Assembly: GCA_043228905.1 (NCBI GenBank)
Contig: JBHGNT010000013.1
Location: 19,034,001 to 19,098,000, forward strand
Reading direction: 5' to 3'
DNA length: 64,000 nt
Source of the DNA: Azolla caroliniana
Taxonomy: Eukaryota; Plantae; Polypodiophyta
Below, piece after piece: positions 37,401 to 48,259 of the stretch. The notes beneath the pieces are model-generated. The model saw only the letters and a program-made list of their open reading frames with translations. It made no database searches and had not been told where the DNA came from. The first letter of the stretch is position 1. Every line of letters begins with the position of its first letter. Position numbers and translations under genes: made by a program.

Positions 37401-37733
37401 CAAGAGCCCCCACGCGACCCAAGCATGTCGCGGCCAAGTACGAACTTAGACAAAGGCAAAGGTAAGATGCCCGAATACAAAGTTGACCACCCCGACGACA
37501 ATGATTCGGATGGATCGGCTCCCTCACTAGACAGTGAGTTTGGTGTACCCATCATGCGTACACCCGGAGTAAAGAAGGCGCTCACATCGGCGAGCGAAAA
37601 ACTTTGACGCTCTTCTAGAGAGAAGAATCCCGTCACTCGGCTCGGCTACAATGAGTATATGGCCCATTGTTAGGCCTTCGCGATGAAGGTAGCGGCCGAA
37701 CAAGAGCCCAAGAGCTCCACCGAAGCGACTCGA
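34417..37733 (+). mobile_element. Truncated Ty1/copia C (5' LTR 34417-34857, PBS, gag-PR-INT; RT, RH and 3' LTR missing)
   Basis: TG..CA LTR, PBS TGGTATCAGAGC at 34858-34869, gag MNTQMGSSLPSEKLD at 35026 (same lineage as Copia A), HSDVW/SDGGKEY integrase. Ends abruptly just before RT. Confidence 0.9.
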
Positions 37734-39508
37734 TCCTGCTTCTGTGACCAAGAAGTTGTATTACGTTGGTAGAAGTACAAGCCTCTTGCATGTTGCTTTT
37801 CTTTTAAATTGCTTTTTACTTGTTGTAAATCTGAGAGCAACATCGGTGAGGTTGGGTATTTTTCCAATAACTTTTGTGTTGCAGCCAGTGCTCGACGCAA
37901 ATTAGCAATCTATGCACTACATCGATCAAGTGAAGAGGAAACTATGTTTATGAAGAAGCTCTTGACATCAAGAATGGCATAAGTGATATCTGTGAGTAGA
38001 AAGGCAGCAAAGAAACTATACTTAGAACAGATTTGAGCTATAGAAACTCTATGAGTTTCATCAACAAGCAATGAGTTCGGGATACAGAATTGCTTAAGAT
38101 AGGATCTTTTGGTGAATACAATGTTTAACTTCAATGGATAATGATCAGAAGTTACTGTCCGAGGAATAATCCCCATAGATCTAGAAGCTTCCCAAAAAAA
38201 GCTACTAGCATAAAACCTATCCAATCGTGCCAAATTAGCTGCAACTATACTACCATTTGACCGGGAGAAATGAAGGGAGTCTTGCATTCGAGAAATGGAG
38301 TGGATATTCCATAGATCCAATAAACCAAAAGAGAAACAGAAGGAATCCCAAGCTCTAGCTTCTTGGCATGTTATTGTACTGTACTGTTTGAGCCTCCCCT
38401 TCTATTAGATGTTTCTTCAATCATGTTAAAGTCACCATCCATTCACTAATCCGGCGTATTCAGAAAGAGAAATCCAAAAGGAAGCTCTTTCTGAGGCCGA
38501 TTTAGAAGCATATAAATTTATAATACCAGTCTTTTGAGGTCCTATTTGAAGAATAAGAAATTGCGCCCTTTTATTCGAAGTAGTACCTACCGAGACTATG
38601 ATGGATGCCCATTGTTCTTTAATATCCATGCATAAACTAGCTTGTCTACTATTTGGACCTATCGTTGGGACCCAGAAATGTATCCATCTCCCTGGCAGGA
38701 TGGAACCATAACTCTGTATCCTATTAGCGGACAAGTGATGCTCTTGCAAAAAAAGAATATCAATTGCACCAACATTTGGTGTATTTAAATCTGCTTGTAT
38801 AAGTCCTTTAAATCTAGGAAAGGCATGCCCCCCAGGCCTTGCACATTCCAAGAAAGGATATTTAACTTGTCCATACTACATATGATTTGAAGATGTGCAT
38901 TTCTCGAGGATTTGTTAATCCTTTTTCTCATAACTAGTTTTTCCTTTGTTATTATCAGTTGTAGGTATAGGTGCAACTTCCTCCAATCTTTGGATAGTGA
39001 CATCCACCATCTTCAGCTTCCCTTGTAGCTCTAGCTTTCCTTGTTGAGCTATTTCAATCTCCATGTCATCTTCCATCTGTTTCAATTTATCTAGCGAGAT
39101 TGTTTTGGTAGGTGGTTGACCCTCTATCAACTGAGAAAATGACTTAGAAAGCATTGTTGTCATTGGGGGACATCTATCAGTCTTCGATGGGATCAATGAA
39201 CCTATCGCAAGTGGCACTTGAGGGTTGTCACCATCTACCTGAAGTGTTGTATATTTATTATGAAGGGGAGGAAATTCCTGAAGGTTATTAGGTTATACTT
39301 GTTGAATTTTACTTGGTCAAGATGTTTTCCTATTCCCTACTATAGTCCATCCTTCAAATGAGGCCTTATATGGAATAATAGTTGTAGAGGGCTCCACTAT
39401 ATGAGAGGCATTTTGAAACTTAGGACAATGTTTAGCCAAATGGCCAAACCCGAAACACCGAAAACATTGATTAGGCAGACCTCGGTACATGATTTTCTGA
39501 GAATACAG
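37734..39508 (-). mobile_element. L1 LINE fragment: ORF1 C-terminus and endonuclease
   Basis: CFRCFGFGHLAKHC knuckle. ORF2 MDKLNILSWNVQG at 38874, then LQEHH, RLDRFY and SDHYP. Confidence 0.88.
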
Positions 39509-40266
39509 TGTCGCGTTGTTACGCACGTGCATGTAGAACGAGGCATGACCACGGGGGACTTGGACCGAGGAATAACCGAACAGGAGTAGGAGCAAGAAAG
39601 ACAATGTCCGTGCTTCCACACACACACACACACACACTCGCAAATACATAGAAACCGCAACCGAATGAAACAACGGAAATGAGATGAATGCGTATATGTA
39701 TGTATATATTCTGATGAAAAAGGGTTACAACCGGCAGGCTAGTGAGCAACAAAACTCCTACGCCTACGCACACACACACAGAAGAGCGAGATGGAGACTC
39801 TACCGGAAGCACTCGAGCGTTCCACGGAGCAGAGTTCGCCTCCCGAAAACTTGCATAGAGCAAATACAAAGAAAGACGGAGGAGAAGAACTCGGTCCTAC
39901 TCCGACAGCGCTTCGTCCTCGACAAAAGCGATCCCTTTTACGATTCCTCTCCCCCTCTTTTATAGCCCAAGGAGGGAGGCCGTTACAACTTGTTACATCA
40001 TCTTTATTCCCTGTCCTTTCAGACAGAGATATGCCTCGATTTCCTACCTATCAAATCCATACAACCTAGGATATTCACATCAGCCGACTTGTACCTAAAT
40101 ATGTACATTACAACAAACTTGTGCCCGCATGTAAGGGTCGGTTCGCGCACATCATTCTCCGATTCCGCCGAGGGACGGTTTTTCTCCATGACATCCGACC
40201 CCACCTAACCGCGCATCCACCGGTATGTGTCAAAATAGACTCTTGCCGGAGAAGACCGGCCCACGC

Positions 40267-43200
40267 TTACCCTTCATCCTCCGGATCGCCATTCGCTCTG
40301 AACCGGTCGTCCTCACTATCCAAGTGGTCCGGGTTCGGTTCATCCTCATGCCGCTTTTTGAACACTTTCATCCTTTTCTCAGCCACCGGTACTGTCATCC
40401 TCGTCCCGTCAAGCTCCGCGAGATGGTAGGTCCTGTTGTCATTGGCGCTTGTCACCACGTAAGGCCCGAACCACCTCCTTGCGAATTTCCACATCGCCTT
40501 GTGCTGGTTGTCAAAGCTGCTGTCATATACCAGAACCTAGTCGCCTTCCTCGATTTTCTTCGGCCTTAGTCGGTGAGTCCGGTCGAATCGCCCCTTGTTA
40601 TTTACCCTCGCGGCCCGCAGCTTTTCCGCGGCTCATTCCACATCCTCCGGTCTTCGCTCGAGCTGTCGGATCCCTGCCGCTAACAGCTCCTCCCCGCTCA
40701 TCTCGTCTCTCCAGTCCACCGTGGCCCATGAGGAGATCGTTCGCTCCATTGGCATGACCGGCTTCTGCCCGTACATCAGCTTCGCTAGCATGAACCGGGT
40801 TACCGAACTGTGTGTAGTTTGGTCGGCCCACAACGCATAGGGTAAGAGCAACGACCAGTTTCCGACTTGGCCTCCACATGCCCACACTAACGCTTTGACG
40901 ATCGGCCCGTGTCCGCATTCCACCTTCCCATTCGCCTCCGGATTATACGCCATGGTAAGCGAGAGTTTAACCCCTAGTCGGTCAAACAACTCTTCAGCCT
41001 CTTGTGCGTCTAGTTCTCCGCGGTCGGCTACCATCTTTCCTACGCACCCGTACAGGCATACCACTTCTTCGATCAGAAATCGGCACACGACCGCGATCGT
41101 TTTGTTCGGCAACGCTCGGCCTTCCACCTGTTTCGTCAGGTCCTCTCGAGCCAGCACCAGATATCGCATCTGCCCTACTCCCATCGGCATCGTCACCAGA
41201 TCCACCATCCACTTGAAGTGGACAGTCAGAGGGTAGGTCGGGTGGAGCTCGTCGCGATGTCGGACTATGGACTGCATCTGACAGCTTTCGCAAGCCGTCA
41301 CGAACCGATGCACGTCCCGGTATAGTCCTGGCCACCAGTACTTCCCCTTCATCTTCTCGAATGTGGCCCACGTCCCGCGGTGTCCGACCCAGGGACTCTC
41401 GTGGTACGCCGTCAACAGTTCCACCTGTTCCTCTTTCTTCGTCACAACCCGGAGCGGGATGGCATTTCTCTTCTTCGGGTGCTTCCATATGCACCCATCC
41501 CGTAGGAAGAATCGGTACACTTTCTTCCGAATCCGGTTGGTCTCTTCCTTCGTCCACGCCACGTTCGGTGTCATTGTCTTTAGGAACCCGTCGATCTGGA
41601 GCCACTCCCCGTCGTACTTGCTCTTGTAGAACTCGTTAAGCGCCGGAGTGCTCCCCTTCCTTGTTGTTACGTAAGCTATCTCGAAGAAGTCCACGCCGAC
41701 TTCTTCGTCCTCCAAAACCATGCCGTCCTCATCATCGAATCTCGCCCTCGAAATCATGTCGGCCATGGCGTTGTCTTTTCCGGAAATGTGTCGTATTTCC
41801 GGATTCAGGGACTTGATGTACGCTATCCACCTAAGCATCGCCAAGTCCGGCGTCGCGCATCCGAAAACTACCGAGAATCGGTAGGAAGTCCGTCTCAATT
41901 ATCACCTCCGCCCCGATCATATAGTCTTTGTCGGCCTTGACCGCCGAAATGATACCCTAGAGTTCGCGTTTAACCCGAGCGTACCCTCGTTGTCATTCAC
42001 TAAGGACTTTCGCGCCGAACAGGATGGGGAACCTCGTTCCATTCTCATCGTCCTGGTTGATCACCCATCCGATTCCGGTCAGACTTGTGTCTACGGTCAC
42101 ATAAATCGGAATGTCTTTACCGTAGACCACTTTCCGGAGTGCCAGTGCCGCAACAAGAGCTTCTTTCATTTTCCGGACCGATTCCGTATGCTCCTCTCTC
42201 CACTCGAATTTACGCCCTTTCTTCAGCAATCCATAGAGCGGCTCTGCGACGTCGGTGTAACGTGGGATCCAGATATGGTAGAATGTGCATGCTCCCAAGA
42301 ATCTCCGGACTTCCGTGACCAAATTTCAGTCACGCTTCATCGCGGAGATGGCCTCTACCTTGGCCGACGACGGTTTCTGACCGAATGGCCTACATAGGTG
42401 TCCGACAACCATGATCTCTGATTGCCCGAAGGCCGATTTTTCCCCGGAGAAGGTGAGCCTCACACCCTCTAGTCTTTGCAGCACCTTCTCACAGTCATCG
42501 ACGTGGTCTGCCACAAACTTCCGGCATCCGTCCGGTCCGATTGTCTCGTCCTTATCCTCCACCGGGCATCCTTTGATCAGGATGTCTGCTAAGAATGGCA
42601 TGGTGATGTCCGGGATACAATCCCTTAGCACTTTGTTCATTCCATTCACCATGTGGGCTACCGAGTTCGTCCCTCCTTGCGGAAGGGTACACATCCGTAC
42701 TAGGCCGAGAGGAGTCCGCATCGTCGTAATGTCCCTGCTCTCCACGGCTAGCTGGAACTGATCGTATCCCGAGTACAAATCACCGACCGAGTAGATTGAC
42801 CTTCCGGCGAAGGCCTCCGCGAACTCGTCTATGGTCGGTCTGATTCCTACGTTCCGAATGGTCACCTTGTTGACCGGTTGCAGGTCTTGAATGACGCGCA
42901 GCATGTCGTTCTTCTTGGGCACGGTAAACCACCGATTTGAATATGGGGTACTCGCCGGTTCAAGGATGCACATATCCACCTTCTGTTTCAGCAGCTCCAT
43001 CAGCTTCGGGATGTGAGCTCTGGGTACTTGAATCGGTTTGAGATTCCACGGTACATGCGGTATCGTGAAGATCACCATTGGTTCCACAATCGTCGGGTCT
43101 ACGCACCCGATCTCCTCCGGCGAGAATGCGAAGGCCTTTCCGTGCCTCCGGAGCATTCTCTGAAACCGGTCCTCCTCCACCGGCAGTAGAAAGCCACCCC

Positions 43201-43759
43201 CATCAACCTTGAGCTCTCGTAGCGTTCTGTCGGTGAATCGGTGTCCTATGCCAGCCGGATCTCGTAAACTTGGGTCTGACGCGACCCCTTTCATCTGTAA
43301 CTCGCTGCCCTCCGGCTAGGGTGCCGTGACTAGCCTCACCTTCCGGTCCACAGTCTTGTACTTCGCATCCACTCAGGCCGTCCGATCCGACTCGAGTCCT
43401 CTAGTGAAGTCAGCGATGACTTCGTACATCTTTTCCGAGCATACTGGAATCGTCCGGTCTTCACTAAGGCCCTCTCTGAATATCTTCTGTAACTTCCCCA
43501 AGGTGTCGTCGAAGGAGACCGCCTCCACGGCACTGCCAATCTCTTCGCCGGGGCCGAGGACCCCGTGCGCCCTGAGTCTTTCTTCTGCCCGTTTCTTTAC
43601 CCGACCACTGATGCCGGCTATAGGACAACCTCCGCTATCGGAGAACCAAAACTTCCTACCTATGTTACAGGTTCTTCTGCCTACTGTACATGGGTGGGGT
43701 TTTCCCGGAGTGTCCGGACTATCGCGTCCCCACGCCTTGATAGCCCTCTCTAAAAATCC
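40267..43759 (-). pseudogene. Gypsy D pol (RT, RNase H, integrase)
   Basis: YKTVDRKV, DLQPVNKVTI, DLYSGYDQ, LPQGGTNS, VDTSLTGIG, H..PWVGH..C..C, ADRGE, RWFGPY..ELDG. Contains stops and frameshifts. Confidence 0.9.
43694..43759 (-). promoter_or_regulatory. Candidate -1 programmed ribosomal frameshift signal (G GAU UUU, 6-nt spacer, stem-loop or pseudoknot)
   Basis: The heptamer sits immediately before the gag-pro stop, and the -1 frame runs into RT. Stem GGGCUAUC/GAUAGUCC. Confidence 0.7.
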
Positions 43760-46542
43760 CCTCGGCTTTCGCCGCCGAGGGTCTCGCGGTTACGCTCGTG
43801 GTTCGGTCGTACCATAAGAAACTGAATAGAGTGACGCCCATCCTGGCTTTTGACTCGAGCATACACCGAACCGTTGTCCATCACCTTCGTCTCCATGCGC
43901 GCCGCTGTGATGTACGGTTCTCCGAGTATCACCGAATGCGAGGACGTCTCCTGCACGAAGAAGTGTTGATCGATCTCGACATCGCCGATTTTCACTCGTA
44001 CATTCGGGCAGGCTCTTCTGCTGCCCGTATCTTCCACCCGTGCTCTGGTGTTGATCGGCCACTTTCCCTTCTTGTAGAAGTCCATGGACATCAAGTTGAT
44101 CTCCGAACCGTGGTCTACCAACGCCACCACCGGTTCCTGGACATCCCCGATCCGAACAGGGGTTTCCGTAGTGGCCCTAGCCCAATGTAGCCTCAAGTAG
44201 TGGCTTTCCGCCAACTCGTCTTCTAGGGCCATGTCTTCTAGGTGCGTCGTTCGCACCTCCACCGGCTTCTCTAGCTCCGGCTCCGTCGAAAGCCTTTTTC
44301 GCTTCACCAAGTCTGCGATGGAGTCGTGGAACTCCTTCTTAGCAATACCGAGCACCTCCCTCAACGACAGCTCCACTTTGCTATCGAGGGTTCGTTCCTC
44401 CAGGACCTTTTGTAGGTCCATGGTCCTCTCGATCTCTGTGCTCGACCGATAACCGGCCTTCTTGGCCCTGTCCGGTGTGCCGAATACACCGACACCATTC
44501 TGCTTCGGCCCGAACCGGGTCTCATACCATTGTGAGGGTCCAGCCCCCCCCCCCCCCCCCCCCCCCGGTCTTCCCGCGCGCTTGTCTTCCACCAGAACCT
44601 CGTAGTTCTGGCACACGGCTTCCACGAAGCCCATCTTCTCTTCGACTGGGTCACTCCACTTGGTTACCTCCCGGACCCCTCTTTCCGCGCGGTCCGCTTC
44701 CTCTTTCCTTAGCCATACGCCGGCTAGACCTTCCAGCACCAACGGCCAAAACCCGGAGTCCTTCGTTTTCCGGACTTCATCACTCCCGACCCGGATTCCC
44801 GCCGATGCCGAGTAGTGGATGGTCTCCGCGTGGCGAACCGCCGCTTCCTCCATCAGCCATTTCATCCCCCCTCGTTCGACGTTCAGATCTAGGGCCCTCC
44901 GGGTTTCGCTAGCGTGTACCCGCCCGTTCCACAAGTACACCACGTTGACCCTTATTGCTTCGGCAAAGTCCCCGCACTCCTTTTGGGCGTGGCCGACAAC
45001 ATCGCACCACAAGCACTGATGCCCAGCCGGAGGCCTTCGGTCACGGGCTTGTTCGCCGCCGTCCCTCCATGCCTGTGCAATCAGGAGGTCCCTCACCATC
45101 TGAGTCAGCACCTCCAGAGCCACTCGTCCGGACGGGCCTTTGACCACGCTGGTAGAAGTCAAGCCGACCTCGAGCTAGTCTCGGGTCTCCTCCCTTCGCG
45201 CCGGTGGGGGTATCTCGAGCTTCCTTGCTGCAACAGAGCCCGCCCCCGACGAGCCTTTATTGACCCACTCACGTCGTTTGTCGAAACGGCCACAGACTCT
45301 CTTCACCACGGCCCAGTCGGCCGTTAGCTCGTCATCGGTCTCCAGCAGGAGGCCCACTTGCTCCCGATCCATCACATCCCCTGATTTAACAAATAATAGG
45401 ACACGACTTGTGTACAGTACGGTTTGGTCCAGCACTGTCGTGATGTGGCATGTCTAGTGCGAGAAAAAGTCAAAAATTGAGGATCCACACACATTTCACA
45501 AATACTTGTAAAAATGAAAATAAATAAACCTAGGTCATAATCGCATTGAGTGCATGTAGAGGGTTGCAAGTAAGATTTGAACCTTGCACCTCTAAGATAA
45601 GAGGCAATTACCTTACCACTAAAGCTACTACTAAGTGCTTTAGATATTCTATATTTCTTTCTCATATTCAGTATTCCGTAGGAAACGAACAAAACCGTGT
45701 ACACAAAACCACGGTTTTAAGCCCATGGTTTCCTGCATGTCACAAAGCAAAACTGTGTGCACAGAAACCATGGCTCCAAGCCCATGGTTTTGTGCATGGA
45801 CAAACCTATAAAACCCCTAGTACGGCTTGTGTAAGGGGGAGGGGGGGGGGGCGCTCAATATGATATGACCATCATCATCACCATCAATAATATAAGCTTC
45901 TATTGAATCTTCTTCTTCTATCTTGTAATTATTTATCTACTTCTCAAGTGTACAATCTTCAATCTTCTCAAGTGTAATAGGTCTTCCTCCAATCTTACAT
46001 TCACATCGTCCTCTTCTCAATACCTTGACGGACATCCTCCTTGGTCCAAGACCCCAGTGGTTCCACTCAAGAAAAGCATGCTCGCACGTGCATCTTCGCG
46101 ACAACGTCGAAAGATGCGCGAAGCGTTCTTCAAACTCCCGGAGGAGCACCGACGCGTTTCTCCCCTTTTCGGGGGTCTCCACCCATTCCATGAAGTCCTG
46201 CTTCGATGGCCGAAGCGCGTCATCAAGCCCGTATTTCTCAAGAAGCCAACCTTCAAACTCTTCCCAGGTCCGGATCTCAGCCCGTACCTCGAGCACCTCC
46301 GTGTGGATGCCCGGTATCGCTACCCGAGGGAATCCGGCCAATTGCCTGTCTTCCGAAATGTCCCTCATCACCATTTCGGCTCAGTAGGCCTCCAAGTAGC
46401 TCGTGGCATCCTTTCCACCGAAACGGCCTATCGTGTTGACGATTGCTTCAATAGCCCTATTGAGGGTGCCTGCGCCTTCACGCGGACTCACTAATCGATC
46501 TACAGCTGAAGCCATGGCTTCTGCAAGCGCCGTTTCCCTCAT
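43750..46542 (-). pseudogene. Gypsy D gag-protease ORF (interrupted by a solo LTR)
   Basis: ORF pieces 45937-46374, 45175-45435 and 43750-45162 share one frame. CLWCDVVGHAQKEC knuckle and LVDHGSEINL protease. Confidence 0.88.
45436..46103. mobile_element. Solo LTR-like insertion (668 bp) in Gypsy D gag
   Basis: TGTCGTGA..TCGCGACA inverted ends. Removing it plus 4 bp restores the gag frame (LSTL-DQTV). Internal ~58-bp tandem pair with CCATGG palindromes. Confidence 0.8.
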
Positions 46543-46565
46543 CTTTTCTATTCCTCTGCCGCCTG

Positions 46566-46583
46566 TTCACGTCGGGTTCACCA
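46566..46583 (-). promoter_or_regulatory. Primer-binding site complementary to tRNA-Trp
   Basis: The + strand TTCACGTCGGGTTCACCA equals the 3' end of plant cytosolic tRNA-Trp as I recall it. It lies 4 nt from the 5' LTR. Confidence 0.85.
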
Positions 46584-48259
46584 AATATGTCGCGTTGTTA
46601 CACGTGTACGTGTAGAACGAGGCAGGACCACAGGGGACTTGGTCCGAGGAATAACCGAACAAGAGTAGGAGCAAGAAAGACAACAGTCGTGCTTCCACAC
46701 ACACACACGCAGATACACAGAAACCGCAACCAAATGAAACAATGGAAACGAGATGAATGCGTATATGTATGTATATATTCTGATGAAAAAGGGTTACAAC
46801 CGGCAAGCCGGTGAGCAAAAAAACTCCTACGCCTACGCACACGTACACAGAACAGCGAGATGGAGACTCTGCCGGAAGCACTCGGGTGTTCCACGAAGCA
46901 GAGTCAGCCTCCCGAAAACCTGCACAGAGCAAATACAGAGAAAGACGGAGGAGAAGAACTCGATCCTAGTCCGACAGCACTTCGTCCTTGACAAAAGTGA
47001 TCCCTTTTACGATTCATCTCCCCCTCTTTTATAGCCCAAGGAGGGAGGCCGTTACAACTTGTAACATCATCTTTATTCCCTGTCCTTTTAGACAGAGATA
47101 TGCCTCGATTTCCTACCTATCAAATCCGTGCGACCTAGGATATTCACATCAGCCGACTTGTACCTAAATATGTACATTACAACAAACTTGTGCCCGCGTG
47201 TAAGGGTCAATTCGCGCACATCATTCTCCAATTCCGCCGAGGGACAGTTTTGGGAGGTTGCAGTTACCATATCCATGATGTGGATGCCGAAGACCTCACA
47301 TTTGTAATTACTAGATCAACCAAACAAAGTGGGGCCCTATGATTTCTTGTTACTTTGCCTCACACCGCCCCACACTGAATTGCATCCTCAGAAAAGTGTG
47401 AAGCCCCACAATGCCACATCCCTGATATAGGTGCCAAGCACTAGTGACCCAATTATTATTTCAACACTCATTGTTAAGACAACTGCCACGCTAATCACTT
47501 GACTTTGACCAATGGGTTGGCTCTAGTGAACAGTCCCTCCAGCATGAATACTTGCCCAAAAGAAATAGGTTCATATGCATGAAAATGTCTTGTCCTTTGT
47601 AAGGATGTGCATAGCTTGCCCCAATATTTTCGTTGTTATTTGTTGACTTCAAGAGTAATAGTCTAGAGCTTGTTTCTCCTTTGGGCATGATTTTTAAATG
47701 AGAACGAGGAATAAATGGTTTCGGCTCTCACCCATTGGGTAGTTCCCCACAAATTACAATATGACAATGTTTATTGTATACATTTTCCCTATGACCAGTA
47801 TTCTACATTGCAAAAATCAACCCTCGTAGGGTTGTTAAAAAGAAAGAATATGCCATCTTGTTCCTTAACATTAGGAATGTTTCGAGTCAAAAATGTATGC
47901 GAGGGTTTTTCATTGACAAACATTGCTTTATAAGAACTTAGAAGTATCAAACGATGAAACGTCATGTGAGATGTGCAAGGATGGGTGGTGGGTGTTGTGA
48001 TCAAGGGATGTGGAGGTGAGGAAAACAAAGGGGGTGTGGGGGAGCAAGGAGATTAATGTGAGTGGTGTTAATGTTTGTCGTGGAGTTGAGGATAATGTGG
48101 TGGTTATGAGATGTGACTCTCTGTGGGTATTGGCTAGCTCCCCTCCCTTAAGCACTTAGAGCCCCCCCTCTTTTCGTGGAATTGGGAATATGCATGCATT
48201 TGGTTGGGGGGGATGTTAAGTATGTGCAAGACATCCCACAATCAACCACTCCTTGTAGT

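Larger units (their letters stand above)
39509..47251 (-). mobile_element. Ty3/gypsy LTR retrotransposon D (non-chromovirus, tRNA-Trp primed), decayed
   Basis: LTRs at 39509-40193 and 46588 to about 47251 (outer ~12 bp lost). PPT AGGTGGGGTCGGA next to 40193. Domain order gag-PR-RT-RH-INT. Confidence 0.93.

Noticed and set aside
46566-46583. tRNA-Trp gene
   Set aside because: Only the 3' 18 nt including CCA are present, next to an LTR. This is a PBS.
47241-47260. Reconstructed TACAG TSD for Gypsy D via a 20-bp microhomology deletion
   Set aside because: ACAG is equally explained by a CG>CA change in the LTR, and the flank does not clearly continue L1 ORF1.
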